A DNA stretch of 32,000 nucleotides from Candidatus Saccharimonadota bacterium (lineage in GTDB: Bacteria; Pseudomonadota; Gammaproteobacteria; Enterobacterales; Enterobacteriaceae), in the NCBI GenBank assembly GCA_041941765.1, contig CP145869.1:60001-92000 (forward strand). The letters run 5' to 3'. Below the pieces are notes generated by a model. That model had not been told where the DNA came from, did no database searches, and worked only from the letters and a program-made list of their open reading frames with translations. This document shows positions 18,730 through 30,995 of the stretch, piece after piece. The position numbers were made by a program, and so were the translations under genes. Each line of letters starts with the position of its first letter. Positions within the stretch are counted from its first letter, which is position 1.

Positions 18730-19266
18730 TTATTTCTTTTTAGCTTCTTTAAGACGAACAACTTGGTTACTATAACGAATACCCCTTCCTTTATAAGGTT
18801 CTGGACGACGATAAGCATAAATATCTGCGGCTACTTGACCAACTAATTGTTTATCCGAACCTTTTAGAATAATTTCTGTCGCAGAAGGACATTCAGCTGT
18901 AATTCCAGGAGGTAATTTATAATGTATTAAATGTGAAAATCCTAAAGCTAAAGTTAAGATTTGATTATCATTAATAAATGCACGAAAGCCTATACCAACT
19001 AATTGTAATGTTTTACTAAAACCTTTAGTTACGCCAATAATCATACTATTAATAATAGCACGTGCAGTACCAGCTTGCGTCCATCCATTTACACATCCTA
19101 ATCTCGGTTGAAATCTTAAATAATCATTAATTTTTATAATTTCTACAGCATTATTAATAATACGACTAAGTTTACCATAATGGCCTTTAATACAAATTAA
19201 TTGATCTTGTATTTTTACTTCAACTTCATTTGGAATTTTAATAGGATTTTTGGCAATACGAGACAT
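18730..19266 (-). CDS. rplF: 50S ribosomal protein L6
   Basis: 178 aa. MSR.AK.PI.IP..VEV........IKG..G.L.R... and ...LVG.GFRA......L.L.LGFSH...Y.LP.GI..E.P..TEI.LKG.DKQ..GQVAA..RA.R.PEPYKGKG.RY match the L6 pattern. Confidence 0.98.
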   Translation of the reverse strand: MSRIAKNPIKIPNEVEVKIQDQLICIKGHYGKLSRIINNAVEIIKINDYLRFQPRLGCVNGWTQAGTARAIINSMIIGVTKGFSKTLQLVGIGFRAFINDNQILTLALGFSHLIHYKLPPGITAECPSATEIILKGSDKQLVGQVAADIYAYRRPEPYKGRGIRYSNQVVRLKEAKKK

Positions 19267-19294
19267 TATTTTTTTTTACTCCATTTTAAACCCT

Positions 19295-19681
19295 TTAAGC
19301 AACATAACATAAAATTTCTCCTCCTATATTTTTTTTACGAGCTGACTTGTCTGTCATTATTCCTTGAGAAGTAGAAATAATAGCAATTCCTAAACCATTC
19401 ATAATTTTGGGTAATTGTTCTTTACTTTTATAAATACGTAATCCTGGTTTACTAACTCTATGTATCATTTCTATAACTGGGTTATTATTAAAATATTTAA
19501 GCTGAATTTTCAAAAAATAATTATTAATAATTTGATATCCTTCAATATAACCTTCTTTCATTAAAATATCAGCAATACCTTTTTTTATATTTGAAAATTG
19601 CATCATTACATAACTAAATTTTGCAGATTGTCCATTACGAATACGTGTTATCATATCAGAAATTGGATCTTGTATATTCAT
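19295..19681 (-). CDS. rpsH: 30S ribosomal protein S8
   Basis: 128 aa. M.IQDPI.DM.TRIRNGQ.A.......... and ...RVS.PGLRIYK.K..LPK.M.GLGIA..STS.G.MTD..AR....GGE..CYVA match E. coli S8. Confidence 0.98.
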   Translation of the reverse strand: MNIQDPISDMITRIRNGQSAKFSYVMMQFSNIKKGIADILMKEGYIEGYQIINNYFLKIQLKYFNNNPVIEMIHRVSKPGLRIYKSKEQLPKIMNGLGIAIISTSQGIMTDKSARKKNIGGEILCYVA

Positions 19682-19716
19682 TTATTTTACCTTAATTATA
19701 ACTATTTACTCAATTA

Positions 19717-20022
19717 CTACCAGCTAGCTTTTTTTAAACCTGGAATTTCTCCCCGCATAGCTGCTTCACGTACTTTGATACGACTTAATCCAAATCTACG
19801 AATAAAAGCATGTGGTCTTCCCGTTTTACGACAACGGTTACGTTGACGAGATGGACTAGAATCACGAGGTAAACTTTGTAATTTAAAAATAGCATCTATT
19901 TTTTCTTTATCTGATACTTTTATATTACTAATAATCTTTTTTAGTTGAAAACGTTTTTGAAAAAATTTATTAGCCATCTTAATACGTTTAATTTCACGAG
20001 ATATTATTGATTTTTTAGACAT
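19717..20022 (-). CDS. rpsN: 30S ribosomal protein S14 (long form)
   Basis: 101 aa. ...KLQ.LPRDSSP.RQRNRC..TGRPH...[24 protein letters not shown] matches E. coli S14. Confidence 0.98.
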   Translation of the reverse strand: MSKKSIISREIKRIKMANKFFQKRFQLKKIISNIKVSDKEKIDAIFKLQSLPRDSSPSRQRNRCRKTGRPHAFIRRFGLSRIKVREAAMRGEIPGLKKASW

Positions 20023-20040
20023 TGAAATATTATCCTTATA

Positions 20041-20583
20041 TCATTCAGTTCGAAATGGAAAATTAAATGCAGTTAATAAATAATATGCTTCTTTATCTGA
20101 TTTCGCTGTAGTAGTAATAGTAATATCTAAACCTCTAATTTGATCAATTTTATCATAAATAATTTCTGGAAAAATAATTTGTTCTTTTATTCCAATGCTA
20201 TAGTTTCCATATCCATCAAAGGATTTAATTGAAAAACCTCTAAAATCCCGAATTCTTGGTATTACAATAGAAATTAAACGTTGAAAAAAGTCCCACATAC
20301 GTTCTCCTCGAAGAGTAACTTTACATCCAATAGCGTTTCCTTTGCGAAGTTTAAATCCTGAGATTGATTTACGTGCTCGAGTTAATAAAGGTTTTTGACC
20401 AGAAATTGCAGTTAAATCCTCAACTGCATTTTCTAAATGTTTTTTATCAGATACAGCTTTTCCCACTCCCATATTGAGAGTAATTTTTTTTAAATTAGGA
20501 ACTTGCATGACTGTTTTATATTTAAAATGGATCATTAATTTATTTACTAATTCAGCTTTATAGAACTCATGCAATTGTGCCAT
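20041..20583 (-). CDS. rplE: 50S ribosomal protein L5
   Basis: 180 aa. MA.LH..YK.E.V.KLM..F.Y...MQVP...[29 protein letters not shown]...[21 protein letters not shown]....[19 protein letters not shown]. Confidence 0.99.
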   Translation of the reverse strand: MAQLHEFYKAELVNKLMIHFKYKTVMQVPNLKKITLNMGVGKAVSDKKHLENAVEDLTAISGQKPLLTRARKSISGFKLRKGNAIGCKVTLRGERMWDFFQRLISIVIPRIRDFRGFSIKSFDGYGNYSIGIKEQIIFPEIIYDKIDQIRGLDITITTTAKSDKEAYYLLTAFNFPFRTE

Positions 20584-20590
20584 ATAACCC

Positions 20591-20908
20591 TTATTCCTTC
20601 ATAATTTGATTAGTAGATTTGAAAAATCGTATTTTTTTTCCTTGTTGTAATTTAAATCCAATTCGATCAGCTTTTTCAGTGTTCTTATTATATATAGCTA
20701 TATTACTAATTGAAATAGCTGATTCTTTTAAAATAATTCCTCCTGGTTTATTTAAATTAGGATTTGCTTTTTCATGATGTTTAACTAGATTAATACCATC
20801 AATAATAACCTTATTCGAAGGTAAAACTCTTTTGACTTTTCCACGTTTACCCTTATTTTTACCAGTGATAATTATTACTTCATCTCCATTACGAATTTTA
20901 GCTGCCAT
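20591..20908 (-). CDS. rplX: 50S ribosomal protein L24
   Basis: 105 aa. [22 protein letters not shown].....V...GINLVK.H.K......PGGI..KEA.I..SN.AI......KADR.GF....GKK.RFFKS. Confidence 0.98.
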   Translation of the reverse strand: MAAKIRNGDEVIIITGKNKGKRGKVKRVLPSNKVIIDGINLVKHHEKANPNLNKPGGIILKESAISISNIAIYNKNTEKADRIGFKLQQGKKIRFFKSTNQIMKE

Positions 20909-20921
20909 TATTTGTCTCCTT

Positions 20922-21293
20922 TTATAAAACTTCGGGAGCTAAAGAAAGTATTTTCATAAATTTTTCATTACGTAATTCTCGAGTTACTGGACCAAAAATT
21001 CTCGTTCCAATTGGTAGTTCAGTATTATTATTTAAAAGAACACAACAATTCGTATCAAAACGAATTACAGATCCATCAAGACGACGTATTCCTTTTTTAG
21101 TTCTTACAATTACAGCTTTTAAGACCTCACCTTTTTTAACTTTAGCTTTAGGAGTAGCATCTTTTATAGCAATTTTAATAATATCACCAATATTTGCATA
21201 ACGACGTCGTGATCCTCCCAGTACTTTAATACACATTACTTGTCGTGCACCTGAATTATCAGCTACATTAAGAATACTTTGTTCTTGAATCAT
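20922..21293 (-). CDS. rplN: 50S ribosomal protein L14
   Basis: 123 aa. [38 protein letters not shown]...[61 protein letters not shown]. Confidence 0.99.
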   Translation of the reverse strand: MIQEQSILNVADNSGARQVMCIKVLGGSRRRYANIGDIIKIAIKDATPKAKVKKGEVLKAVIVRTKKGIRRLDGSVIRFDTNCCVLLNNNTELPIGTRIFGPVTRELRNEKFMKILSLAPEVL

Positions 21294-21317
21294 TATAACC
21301 CTGCCTTACCTTAATAA

Positions 21318-21584
21318 TTAACTACTTTCAAGAAAAGGTGATTTTTTAACTAACTTAACTAATGTCCAAGCTTTAGTTTTAGATAACGGACGACATTCTT
21401 TTATTTCTACTAAATCACCTATATTACATTCATTAAATTCATCATGGATATGTATTTTTTTAGTACGTTTTATAAATTTACCATAAATAGGATGTTTATA
21501 AAATCTCTTAATCATTACTACCGCAGATTTTTGCATTCGATTACTTACTACTATTCCTTGTATGATACGTTTTTGATTAATCAT
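21318..21584 (-). CDS. rpsQ: 30S ribosomal protein S17
   Basis: 88 aa. ...[52 protein letters not shown]. The start ATG shares one base with the rpmC stop (TAATG). Confidence 0.98.
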   Translation of the reverse strand: MINQKRIIQGIVVSNRMQKSAVVMIKRFYKHPIYGKFIKRTKKIHIHDEFNECNIGDLVEIKECRPLSKTKAWTLVKLVKKSPFLESS

Positions 21585-21790
21585 TATTTCAACTCACTCT
21601 TTTTTTTTAAAGTAATAAAAGTATTAATCCTAGCAATATTTCTACGTGCTTCTTTTAATAGATTATTATTTTGTAATTCTGGATTCATAATTTTTTGTAT
21701 ACGTAAATTAAATAATTCTTTTTGGAAATTTACTAATTCTATTTCTAATAAAGAAATATCTTTTTGATTAAATAATAAAGTTTTTTTCAT
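21584..21790 (-). CDS. rpmC: 50S ribosomal protein L29
   Basis: 68 aa. It sits between rplP and rpsQ, and ...EL.N...E.FNLR.Q.......N..LLK..RR.IAR..T matches the L29 pattern. It is divergent but collinear. Confidence 0.92.
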   Translation of the reverse strand: MKKTLLFNQKDISLLEIELVNFQKELFNLRIQKIMNPELQNNNLLKEARRNIARINTFITLKKKSELK

Positions 21791-21792
21791 TA

Positions 21793-22203
21793 TTAAACTA
21801 TTATCTTACTGATAAAAATGGTTTTAAGTGGTAATTTGGAAGATGCTAAATTAAAAGCTGAGCGAGCTAACTCTTCTGTTACTCCATCCATTTCATATAA
21901 AATTTTACCTGGTTGAATAGGTACTGCCCAAAATTCAACATTACCTTTTCCTTTACCCATTCGGACTTCTAAAGGTTTTTTAGTCATAGGTTTATCTGGA
22001 AAAATACAAATCCAGATCTTTCCTTGACGTTTAATTGTACGACTTAGAACTCTTCGAGCAGCTTCAATTTGGGAAGCTGTTATCATACCACGTTCTATTG
22101 CTTTTAATCCAAAACGACCAAAATTAATTGTTGTATTATTAGATAATCCTTTATTTCGACCTTTTTGCATTTTTCTAAATTTAGTGCGTTTAGGTTGCAA
22201 CAT
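21793..22203 (-). CDS. rplP: 50S ribosomal protein L16
   Basis: 136 aa. [17 protein letters not shown]......FG.FGLKA.ERG..TA.QIEAARR...[57 protein letters not shown]. Confidence 0.99.
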   Translation of the reverse strand: MLQPKRTKFRKMQKGRNKGLSNNTTINFGRFGLKAIERGMITASQIEAARRVLSRTIKRQGKIWICIFPDKPMTKKPLEVRMGKGKGNVEFWAVPIQPGKILYEMDGVTEELARSAFNLASSKLPLKTIFISKIIV

Positions 22204-22221
22204 CCCATTTTCTCCTATTAT

Positions 22222-22950
22222 TTATTGACGATTTTTGATTTTATTACGATGTTGCTTTTTATTATTAAGTGTAATAATTTGATCTGATGACACTAAAGGA
22301 ATACCAGCAGTAGGGACTAAATGACCAAGAATTTCACCTTTAAAAATCCATACTTTAACACCAATTACACCGTAATTTGTATAAGCTTCCGAAAGACTAA
22401 AATCAATATCAGCTCGTAAAGTATGTAATGGCACACGACCTTCACGATACCATTCTCGACGAGCTATCTCAGATCCTCCCAGTCTTCCACTTATCTCCAC
22501 TTTTATTCCTTTAGCACCTAATCTCATAGCATTTTGTACTGCTCTTTTCATAGCACGACGAAATATAATACGACGTTCTAATTGAGACGCAATATTATCT
22601 GCAACTAATTTAGCATTTAATTCTGGTTTACGTACTTCGGTAATATTAATTTGACAAGGTACCTCTGCAAGGTTAGCAATTTGATTACGTAATTTTTCTA
22701 TATCTTCTCCTTTTTTACCTATAATAATACCAGGTCGTGCAGTATAAATAGTTATACGAAGACTTTTAGCTGGACGTTCAATAAAAATATGAGATACAAA
22801 CGCTTTTACAAGGGTTGTATTTAACAAATTACGAATTTTATCATCATTTTCTAAAGTTTTCGCATAATCTTTAGTATTAGCAAACCAACTAGCATTCCAA
22901 AATTTTGTAATTCCTAATCTCATACCATTTGGATGTACTTTATGTCCCAT
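22222..22950 (-). CDS. rpsC: 30S ribosomal protein S3
   Basis: 242 aa from ATG 22950 ([14 protein letters not shown]...), versus E. coli MGQKVHPNGIRLGI. It also matches ...[27 protein letters not shown]..., [50 protein letters not shown]... and [17 protein letters not shown]. Confidence 0.98.
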   Translation of the reverse strand: MGHKVHPNGMRLGITKFWNASWFANTKDYAKTLENDDKIRNLLNTTLVKAFVSHIFIERPAKSLRITIYTARPGIIIGKKGEDIEKLRNQIANLAEVPCQINITEVRKPELNAKLVADNIASQLERRIIFRRAMKRAVQNAMRLGAKGIKVEISGRLGGSEIARREWYREGRVPLHTLRADIDFSLSEAYTNYGVIGVKVWIFKGEILGHLVPTAGIPLVSSDQIITLNNKKQHRNKIKNRQ

Positions 22951-22981
22951 AATAAATCTCCAGATGTCTCCAAACCAAATA

Positions 22982-23335
22982 TTATTTTTTAGTAGTAGTA
23001 GAAGAAGAAACAATTATTGTTATATGACTTCTATGCTTAACAATACGATCCGTACGTCCTTTAGCACGTAAAAAAGAACGTTGTATAGTTGAACCTTTAT
23101 CAATATAAATTTGGATAATTTTTAATTCGTCAATATTAGCACCATCATTATGTTCAGAATTAGCAATAGCCGATTCTAAAACTTTTTTAATAAGAACTGC
23201 AGCTTTTTTTTTATTGTACATTAAAAAATTTAATGCTGTTGAGACTTTTACTCCCCTAATTTGATCGGCAATTAGACGAAGTTTTTGTGCTGAAGAAACA
23301 GCATTTTTATATCTCGCTATAGTTTGTTCTTGCAT
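22982..23335 (-). CDS. rplV: 50S ribosomal protein L22
   Basis: 117 aa. ...[46 protein letters not shown]....D.G......PRAKGR.DRI.K..SHIT..VS, plus a short SSSTTTKK tail. Confidence 0.98.
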   Translation of the reverse strand: MQEQTIARYKNAVSSAQKLRLIADQIRGVKVSTALNFLMYNKKKAAVLIKKVLESAIANSEHNDGANIDELKIIQIYIDKGSTIQRSFLRAKGRTDRIVKHRSHITIIVSSSTTTKK

Positions 23336-23373
23336 TGAATCTTATTTATTCCCTATATTAATACTTTTTATTA

Positions 23374-23655
23374 CTAAGAACGTTTTTGAATTTTCTTATC
23401 AGCTGTATGACCACGATAAGTTCGTGTAGGTGCAAATTCTCCTAATTTATGACCGACCATTTCCTCAGTAATAAAAATTGGAATATGTTGACGACCATTA
23501 TGAACAGAAATAGTTAATCCAATCATATTAGGAAAAATAGTTGAACGACGTGACCAAGTCCTTAAGATCTTTTTATCTTTTTTTTCTAATGATTTTTCAA
23601 TTTTTTTAAATAAATGTAGGTCAATAAAAGGACCTTTTTTAATAGAACGTGGCAT
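23374..23655 (-). CDS. rpsS: 30S ribosomal protein S19
   Basis: 93 aa. [17 protein letters not shown]........K...[50 protein letters not shown]. Confidence 0.99.
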   Translation of the reverse strand: MPRSIKKGPFIDLHLFKKIEKSLEKKDKKILRTWSRRSTIFPNMIGLTISVHNGRQHIPIFITEEMVGHKLGEFAPTRTYRGHTADKKIQKRS

Positions 23656-23676
23656 AATATATATCCTTTATTAAGA

Positions 23677-24504
23677 TCATTTTTTATGATTACGAGACTG
23701 TATAATAAATTTATCAGTACGTTTATTTTTACGAGTTTTTTTTCCTTTTGTAGATATACCCCATGGAGTTACTGGATGTTTTCCAAAATTACGTCCTTCA
23801 CCCCCTCCATGAGGATGATCAATAGGATTCATTGCGGTTCCTCGTACTGTTGGACGATCACCTAACCATCTTTTAGCACCTGCTTTACCTAATATTCGTA
23901 ACATATGTTCAGAATTACCTACTTCTCCTATTGTAGCACGGCAAGAACCCAAAATACGTCTTAATTCTCCTGAACGTAATCGAATAATTACATGCGAATC
24001 TTCACGTATTATTATTTGTGCTGATGATCCTGCTGCTCGTGCTATTTGTCCTCCTTTCCTTGGCTTAATTTCTATATTATGTATAGTAGTACCTATTGGT
24101 ATATTCTCAAGAGGTAAAGTATTAGCTATTTTGATAGGAGCATCAATTCCAGATTGAATTCTATCTCCTACTTTTAATCCCTTAGGTGCTAAAATATAAC
24201 GACGCTCACCATCTTCATATAATACCAATGCAATATTTGCTGATCGATTAGGATCATATTCAATACGTTCAATATTAGCTAATATATCATCTTTATTACG
24301 TTGAAAATCAATTAATCGATATTGTTGTTTATGTCCTCCTCCAATATGGCGTGTAGTAATAATACCTTGATTATTTCTACCACCAGTTTTTAACTTCTTT
24401 TTTGTTAAGTAAGAAATAGGACGACCTTTATATAAATTAGAATTAACTAATCGAACAACATGTCTACGACCTGGTGAAGTTGGTTTACATTTAATTAATG
24501 TCAT
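23677..24504 (-). CDS. rplB: 50S ribosomal protein L2
   Basis: 275 aa. ...[17 protein letters not shown]...L...K...[24 protein letters not shown]...[37 protein letters not shown]...PIK.GN.LP. and [34 protein letters not shown]. Confidence 0.99.
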   Translation of the reverse strand: MTLIKCKPTSPGRRHVVRLVNSNLYKGRPISYLTKKKLKTGGRNNQGIITTRHIGGGHKQQYRLIDFQRNKDDILANIERIEYDPNRSANIALVLYEDGERRYILAPKGLKVGDRIQSGIDAPIKIANTLPLENIPIGTTIHNIEIKPRKGGQIARAAGSSAQIIIREDSHVIIRLRSGELRRILGSCRATIGEVGNSEHMLRILGKAGAKRWLGDRPTVRGTAMNPIDHPHGGGEGRNFGKHPVTPWGISTKGKKTRKNKRTDKFIIQSRNHKK

Positions 24505-24519
24505 TATTTATTTATTCCA

Positions 24520-24855
24520 TTACTCAATAGTACTACTATTATTTATTAAATTTATTTTTTGTCCCGATTTTAAAGAAATATAAGCTTTTTTCCAATTACG
24601 CTGATGTGATTGAATTGCAGTAGATTTACGAGAAATTATATGATGTTTTACTTTACCTTTAACTTGTAAAGTATTTACCATAATAACTTCTACATTAAAA
24701 ATATTTTTTATAGCTTTTTTAATAGCTTTTTTAGTAGCATTTTTTGCTACTTTAAAAATAACTGTATTATATCTTTTTTCAATATTAGAAGACTTTTCAG
24801 AAATATGAGGAAAATATAAAATCTTCTGATCAATTATTGTTTTATGAGTAATCAT
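24520..24855 (-). CDS. rplW: 50S ribosomal protein L23
   Basis: 111 aa. ...PH.SEK.S...E..NT...KVAK.ATK..IK.A....F.VEV..VNTL.VKGKVK.H......R..WKKAY..LK.GQ.. versus E. coli L23 (100 aa). The start ATG overlaps the rplD stop (ATGA). Confidence 0.95.
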   Translation of the reverse strand: MITHKTIIDQKILYFPHISEKSSNIEKRYNTVIFKVAKNATKKAIKKAIKNIFNVEVIMVNTLQVKGKVKHHIISRKSTAIQSHQRNWKKAYISLKSGQKINLINNSSTIE

Positions 24856-25457
24856 ATTAATACTGCCTCTAAATGCTTAATAGCTTTTACAGTAATAATA
24901 ATATTCTTAAATCCAATTAAACTAATTGGATCTATAGATTGACACTTTCGAATATCAACTCCATATAAATTACGTGCGGCTAAAAATAAATTTTGATCCC
25001 ATTGATCAATAATAATTAATACATTATCAATAATAATTTGACTTAATTTTTTGACTAAACATTTTGTTTTAAAAGATGTTAAAGAAAAATCTTGATAAAT
25101 TATCATCCGATTTTGTCGGATTAATTCAGATAAAATACTTTTTAATGCACCTCGATACATTTTTTTATTAATCTTATATAAATACTGTTTAGGTTTAGCA
25201 GCAAAAGTTACACCCCCGGAACGCCAAATTGGACTTTTCACTGAACCGGCTCTTGCTTTTCCTAATCCTTTTTGACGCCATGGTTTTTTTTTGGAACCTT
25301 TTACTTCTGAGCGATTTTTTTGTGCTTTAGTACCTTGACGAGCTCTTGTTGCACAACTCACTACAACTTGATGAATTAAGGATTGGTTTAAAGCTTGTCC
25401 AAAAATTTTTTCCGATACTGTAATCAGTTCACCAGTATCTTTTATTAGTAATTCCAT
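24852..25457 (-). CDS. rplD: 50S ribosomal protein L4
   Basis: 201 aa from ATG 25457 (MELLIKD... versus E. coli MELVLKD..., 201 aa). It also matches ...[40 protein letters not shown]... and [18 protein letters not shown]. An alternative ATG at 25463 (MKMELL...) overlaps the rplC stop as ATGA, so the start is uncertain by 6 nt. Confidence 0.95.
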   Translation of the reverse strand: MELLIKDTGELITVSEKIFGQALNQSLIHQVVVSCATRARQGTKAQKNRSEVKGSKKKPWRQKGLGKARAGSVKSPIWRSGGVTFAAKPKQYLYKINKKMYRGALKSILSELIRQNRMIIYQDFSLTSFKTKCLVKKLSQIIIDNVLIIIDQWDQNLFLAARNLYGVDIRKCQSIDPISLIGFKNIIITVKAIKHLEAVLI

Positions 25458-25459
25458 CT

Positions 25460-26116
25460 TCATCTCCGAGAAGAAGAGCATTTTATCGCAGAATTTACAA
25501 TAATTTTACTACCAGTAAATCCTGGAATAGATCCTTTAACTAATAGATAATTCTTTTCTGTATCTATACGAATTACTTTGAGATTTTGAATAGTTACACG
25601 TTCATTTCCTAATCTTCCAGCCATTTTTTTTCCTTTAAATACTCTTCCTGGAGTTTGATTTTGTCCAATAGAGCCTGGAACTCGATGAGATAAAGAGTTG
25701 CCATGACTAGCATCTTGAGTATGGAAATTCCATCTTTTTACAGTTCCAGAAAATCCTTTCCCTTTAGAAGTTCCTGTCACATCTATTTTATGTAAATTAG
25801 TAAAATTACTAACATTAATACATTGACCTATAATAAATTGTCTATTATTTGTTTCTAATTCAGACAATTTAAATTCTTTTAAAATGCGTCCTCCACTTAC
25901 TCCTGCTTTTTTAAAATGTCCAAATTGAGGTTTATTAATACGACTAGATTTTATTTGACCTGTTGTTACTTGTATAGCATTATAACCATCAGTTATAATT
26001 TTTTTTATTTGAGTAATATAATGATCTTCAATTTTTATTACAGTAACTGGAATAGCTTCTCCATCTTTTGTAAAAATACGAGTCATTCCAAGTTTAGTAC
26101 CCACTAAACCAATCAT
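25460..26116 (-). CDS. rplC: 50S ribosomal protein L3
   Basis: 218 aa. MIGLVG.K.GMTRIFT.DG..IPVTVI..E......Q.K....DGY.AIQVTTG... and ...[76 protein letters not shown]. Confidence 0.99.
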   Translation of the reverse strand: MIGLVGTKLGMTRIFTKDGEAIPVTVIKIEDHYITQIKKIITDGYNAIQVTTGQIKSSRINKPQFGHFKKAGVSGGRILKEFKLSELETNNRQFIIGQCINVSNFTNLHKIDVTGTSKGKGFSGTVKRWNFHTQDASHGNSLSHRVPGSIGQNQTPGRVFKGKKMAGRLGNERVTIQNLKVIRIDTEKNYLLVKGSIPGFTGSKIIVNSAIKCSSSRR

Positions 26117-26164
26117 TCTTTAATAATCCTTATTCTCATTTTCAGAAAAAACTTACTATCTTAT

Positions 26165-26494
<330 letters not shown>

Positions 26495-26654
26495 TTAAAT
26501 TAGGTAAATCGTAATAAATTTTCCTTAAAATCTAGTAATATTAGTATATTTTGTTATACATAATTTAATAAATATTTCTTCAGTATACATAATCTTATGT
26601 AAGATAGGAAGTATATAAAAAATTTATCTATTTTAAAATTCATTCTTTATTATT

Positions 26655-27839
26655 TTAATTAATTACTTTAGTAACTAAACCTGCACCTACAGTACGACCA
26701 CCTTCTCTAATAGCAAATCTTAATCCCTCGTTCATAGCAATAGGATGAATAAGATTTACTAACATTTTTATGTTATCACCAGGCATAACCATTTCTACTT
26801 CTTTTGGTAATTCAATGGTACCAGTTACATCTGTTGTACGAAAATAAAATTGAGGTCTATAACCATTAAAAAATGGAGTATGACGGCCTCCTTCATCTTT
26901 ATTTAAAATATATACTTCTGCTTCAAAATTAGCATGTGGTTTAATAGAGTTGGGTTTAGCTAAGACTTGTCCCCTTTCAATATCTTCTCTTTTAATACCT
27001 CTTAATAAGACTCCAATATTTTCACCAGCACGTCCTTCATCTAATAATTTACGAAACATTTCTACTCCTGTACATATAGATTTTACTGTATTTCTGATAC
27101 CTACTATTTCCACTTCTTCACCTATTTTGATTATTCCTTGTTCTACACGTCCAGTTACTACTGTTCCTCTACCTGAAATAGAAAAAACATCTTCAATTGG
27201 TAATAAAAATGGTTTATCGATATTACGTTTGGGTTCTGGTATATAATTATCTAAATAATTGGTTAACTCCATAATTTTGTCTTCCCAAGTATTATCTCCT
27301 TCTAATGCTTTTAATGCTGATCCATGCACTATTGGTGTTGTATCTCCAGGAAAATCATATTGTGATAGTAAATCACGAACTTCTATTTCAACTAATTCTA
27401 ATAACTCTTCATCGTCAACCATATCACATTTATTTATAAATACGATAATATAAGGAACACCTACTTGACGAGCTAAAAGAATATGTTCTCTAGTTTGGGG
27501 CATAGGACCATCTGTAGCAGCTACCACTAATATTGCACCATCCATTTGTGCAGCTCCAGTAATCATATTTTTTACATAATCTGCATGTCCCGGACAATCT
27601 ACATGTGCATAATGACGATTTAAAGTATCATATTCTACATGAGAAGTATTAATTGTAATACCTCTCGCTTTTTCTTCAGGAGCATTATCAATTTGATCAA
27701 AACCATAAGCCGACCCTCCGTATTTTTTTGCTAATACAGTAGTAATTGCTGCAGTTAAAGTAGTTTTTCCATGATCGACATGACCTATTGTACCTACATT
27801 AATATGTGGCTTGTTACGGGTAAATTTTTCTTTAGACAC
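26655..27839 (-). CDS. tufA: Elongation factor Tu (GTG start)
   Basis: 394 aa. (M)[37 protein letters not shown]... and [70 protein letters not shown]. The start is GTG, as in E. coli tufA. It follows fusA, as in the str operon. Confidence 0.99.
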   Translation of the reverse strand: MSKEKFTRNKPHINVGTIGHVDHGKTTLTAAITTVLAKKYGGSAYGFDQIDNAPEEKARGITINTSHVEYDTLNRHYAHVDCPGHADYVKNMITGAAQMDGAILVVAATDGPMPQTREHILLARQVGVPYIIVFINKCDMVDDEELLELVEIEVRDLLSQYDFPGDTTPIVHGSALKALEGDNTWEDKIMELTNYLDNYIPEPKRNIDKPFLLPIEDVFSISGRGTVVTGRVEQGIIKIGEEVEIVGIRNTVKSICTGVEMFRKLLDEGRAGENIGVLLRGIKREDIERGQVLAKPNSIKPHANFEAEVYILNKDEGGRHTPFFNGYRPQFYFRTTDVTGTIELPKEVEMVMPGDNIKMLVNLIHPIAMNEGLRFAIREGGRTVGAGLVTKVIN

Positions 27840-27898
27840 AGCTCATTCCTTAATAAAATTTATGTTTGTATAAAATTAATTAGAAGTATGTTTAAAAT

Positions 27899-30001
27899 TC
27901 ATTTAGAATGGGATTCTATAATAGCATTACTAATATTCATAGGAGCTTCATTGTATTTGAAAAACTCCATTGAATAAGAACCTCTACCTTGAGTTTGAGA
28001 TCTCAGAGCGGTAGCATACCCAAACATCTCTGATAAAGGAATATGAGCACGAATAATCTGAAGAAGATTATTATTATCTTCCATACTTTCAATTATTCCT
28101 CGACGACGCGTTAAATCTCCAATTACATCACCCATATAATCCTTTGGTATTTGTATTTCTACTTTCATTATTGGTTCTAAAATAACTGGATGGGCTTTTT
28201 TAAATCCTTCTTTAAATGCTATTGAAGCTGCAATTTTAAAAGCCATTTCTGATGAATCAACTTCATGATAAGAACCATCAAAAAGTGTCACTTTAACATC
28301 AATAATTGGATAACCTGCTATGACTCCTGTTTTAATTTGTTCTTGAATTCCTTTATCGATTCCAGGAATATATTCTTTAGGAATTACTCCTCCTACTATT
28401 GCATTAATAAATTGATATCCTACACCTCCCGATAATAGTGGTTCTATTCTTAACCAAACATGACCGTATTGTCCTCTTCCACCAGATTGACGAATATATT
28501 TTCCTTCTTGTTCAATAATTTTACGAATAGTTTCACGATATGCTACTTGAGGTTTTCCAATATTTGCTTGAATATTAAATTCACGAAACATTCTATCTTT
28601 AATAATTTCTAAATGTAGTTCTCCCATGCCAGCAATGATAGTTTGACCCGACTCAACATCAGTCCATACATGAAAAGATGGATCTTCTTTAGTCATTTTT
28701 CCTAAAACTATACTCATTCTTTCTTGATCTATTTTAGTTTTAGGTTCTATTGCTACCGAAATAACTGGTTCTGGAAAATCCATTTTTTCTAAAATAATAG
28801 GATTATTTGGATCACAAAGTGTATCCCCGGTATTAACATCTTTCAATCCAACTGCAGCTGCAATATCTCCCGCTCTAACTTCTTTAATTTCTTCTTTCTT
28901 ATTAGCATGCATTTGTACTATACGTCCAAATCTTTCTCGTTGAGATTTAACAGAATTTAACACCATATCACCACTATTAACTACGCCTGAATATACTCTA
29001 AAAAAGGTTAAATTTCCTACAAATGGATCTGATGCTACTTTAAATGCTAAAGCTGAAAATGATTCATTATCATTTGAGTAACGTAGAAGAGGTTTTTTAT
29101 CGAGATAAACGCCATTAATAGGAGGAATATCAATAGGAGCTGGTAAATATTCTACAATAGCATCTAACATAGTTTGAACCCCTTTATTTTTAAAAGCAGA
29201 TCCACAAGTAACTAATAAAATTTCATTATTTAACACTCTGCTACGTAACCCGGATTTAATTTCTTTCTTAGTTAAAGATTCACCATGCAAATATTTAGAC
29301 ATTAAATCTTCTGATGATTCTACTGCAGATTCAACTAAATTTTGATGCCACTTGCTTGCTATTGTTCTCAATTCTATTGGAATATCACGAGATATGCAAG
29401 TAACTCCATTATCTTTATCATTCCAATAAATTGCTTTCATATTTACTAAATCAATCACACCAGTAAACTTATCTTCTACACCTATTGGTAATTGGATTGG
29501 TACTGGATTAGCTAATAATCGATTTTTTAATTGTTCTATTACTTTAAAAAAATTGGCTCCTGTACGATCCATTTTATTAATAAATGCTATACGAGGAACC
29601 TTATATTTATTTGCTTGTCTCCATACAGTTTCCGATTGAGGTTGAACACCTCCAACCGCGCAATATATCATAACTACACCATCTAATATACGCATTGAAC
29701 GTTCTACTTCAACGGTAAAATCTACATGTCCAGGAGTATCTATAATATTAATACGATGAGGTTCAAATTGCTTAAGCATACCAGACCAAAAGGCTGTAGT
29801 AGCTGCTGAAGTAATTGTAATACCCCTTTCTTGTTCTTGTTCCATCCAATCCATAGTGGCTTCACCATCATGAACTTCTCCTATTTTATGATTTACTCCA
29901 GTATAAAATAAAATACGTTCAGTAGTAGTAGTTTTACCAGCATCAATATGAGCACTAATGCCAATATTACGGTAATGTGTAATAGGTGTTGTACGAGCCA
30001 T
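27899..30001 (-). CDS. fusA: Elongation factor G
   Basis: 700 aa. [69 protein letters not shown]......[64 protein letters not shown]. Confidence 0.99.
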   Translation of the reverse strand: MARTTPITHYRNIGISAHIDAGKTTTTERILFYTGVNHKIGEVHDGEATMDWMEQEQERGITITSAATTAFWSGMLKQFEPHRINIIDTPGHVDFTVEVERSMRILDGVVMIYCAVGGVQPQSETVWRQANKYKVPRIAFINKMDRTGANFFKVIEQLKNRLLANPVPIQLPIGVEDKFTGVIDLVNMKAIYWNDKDNGVTCISRDIPIELRTIASKWHQNLVESAVESSEDLMSKYLHGESLTKKEIKSGLRSRVLNNEILLVTCGSAFKNKGVQTMLDAIVEYLPAPIDIPPINGVYLDKKPLLRYSNDNESFSALAFKVASDPFVGNLTFFRVYSGVVNSGDMVLNSVKSQRERFGRIVQMHANKKEEIKEVRAGDIAAAVGLKDVNTGDTLCDPNNPIILEKMDFPEPVISVAIEPKTKIDQERMSIVLGKMTKEDPSFHVWTDVESGQTIIAGMGELHLEIIKDRMFREFNIQANIGKPQVAYRETIRKIIEQEGKYIRQSGGRGQYGHVWLRIEPLLSGGVGYQFINAIVGGVIPKEYIPGIDKGIQEQIKTGVIAGYPIIDVKVTLFDGSYHEVDSSEMAFKIAASIAFKEGFKKAHPVILEPIMKVEIQIPKDYMGDVIGDLTRRRGIIESMEDNNNLLQIIRAHIPLSEMFGYATALRSQTQGRGSYSMEFFKYNEAPMNISNAIIESHSK

Positions 30002-30051
30002 TTAACTCCTCTAATTAATCAAATATTATTTATTATTAATCTATATTAGAT

Positions 30052-30522
30052 TTACCATCTATAATGAACAAATGCTTTGTTAGATTCAGCCATTCTATGT
30101 ACTTCTTCACGTTTTTTTACAGCCAAGCCTTTATTTTCAAAAGCTTCATATAACTCATTTGCTAATTTTTTAGCCATAGATTGATCTTTTCTTTTTCTAG
30201 CAGCTTCAACTATCCATCGCATAGCTAAAGTATTACGTCGTACATGGCGTACTTCAACAGGTATTTGATATGTAGAACCACCTACTCTTCGTGATTTTAC
30301 TTCTAATAAAGGACGAACATTTTCTAATGCTAACTCAAATGATTTTAATTCATCTAATTTAGAACGATTTGTAACTATTTTTAATGCTGAATAGACGATT
30401 TTTTCGGCTACTGATTTTTTTCCTTTTACCATTAATATATTAATAAACTTAGCTAATAATTCTGACTTAAATTTTGGATCAGCCATAATTTTTCGCTCTC
30501 CAAAAACTCGACGACGTGACAT
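30052..30522 (-). CDS. rpsG: 30S ribosomal protein S7
   Basis: 156 aa from ATG 30522 ([42 protein letters not shown]...), versus E. coli [40 protein letters not shown]. It ends ...HRMAE.NKAF.HYRW. The 5 upstream codons of the track ORF were discarded. Confidence 0.97.
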   Translation of the reverse strand: MSRRRVFGERKIMADPKFKSELLAKFINILMVKGKKSVAEKIVYSALKIVTNRSKLDELKSFELALENVRPLLEVKSRRVGGSTYQIPVEVRHVRRNTLAMRWIVEAARKRKDQSMAKKLANELYEAFENKGLAVKKREEVHRMAESNKAFVHYRW

Positions 30523-30565
30523 AATATAATACTCCATCTATTTTTTTTAAAACGATAAATAATCT

Positions 30566-30937
30566 TTAGATTTTTTTCTTAGTACCATATTTTGATCGAG
30601 CACGTTTACGATCTTTAACTCCTGAACAATCATAGGCTCCACGAATAGTGTGATAACGTACTCCAGGTAAATCTTTAACACGTCCTCCACGAATTAAAAC
30701 TACTGAATGTTCTTGTAAATTATGACCTTCTCCGCCAATATAAGAAGTTACTTCAAAACCATTAGTTAAACGAACTCTACATACTTTACGTAAAGCTGAA
30801 TTAGGTTTTTTAGGAGTAGTAGTATATACTCTAGTACAAACTCCTCTTTTTTGCGGACATCCTTGTAATGCTGGAACATTACTTTTACTAGTTTGCTTTT
30901 TTCTCGATTTTCTTACCAATTGATTTATAGTTGCCAT
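30566..30937 (-). CDS. rpsL: 30S ribosomal protein S12
   Basis: 123 aa. MATINQL.RK.R......[93 protein letters not shown]. Confidence 0.99.
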   Translation of the reverse strand: MATINQLVRKSRKKQTSKSNVPALQGCPQKRGVCTRVYTTTPKKPNSALRKVCRVRLTNGFEVTSYIGGEGHNLQEHSVVLIRGGRVKDLPGVRYHTIRGAYDCSGVKDRKRARSKYGTKKKI

Positions 30938-30995
30938 ATTATCCTTGTTGTTAATGAAGAAAATAGTTGTTATGAACCTGGATTTTTATTTATCA

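Noticed and set aside
19598-19846. 82-aa + strand ORF
   Set aside because: It is antisense to rpsH and rpsN and is a shadow ORF.
21444-21767. 107-aa + strand ORF
   Set aside because: It is antisense to rpsQ and rpmC. Its Phe/Ile/Asn-rich, low-complexity translation is typical of AT-rich antisense frames.
22951-23013. 21-codon 5' extension of the rpsC track ORF ([11 protein letters not shown]...)
   Set aside because: It overlaps the rplV 3' end in another frame, and S3 homology starts at MGHKVHPNG (ATG 22950). The 5' extensions of rplR (18729-18818), rpsG (30523-30537), rplI (12265-12291) and the ferredoxin (5916-5927, TTG) were trimmed for the same reason.
25916-26107. 63-aa + strand ORF
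   Set aside because: It is antisense within rplC.
26950-27453. Two + strand ORFs (26950-27246 and 27259-27453), Ser/Pro/Ile rich
   Set aside because: Both are antisense within tufA. The strong codon bias of tufA keeps its antisense frame open, which is a classic artefact.
27771-27977. 68-aa + strand ORF spanning the tufA/fusA junction
   Set aside because: It is antisense to the tufA 5' end and the fusA 3' end, and nothing supports it.
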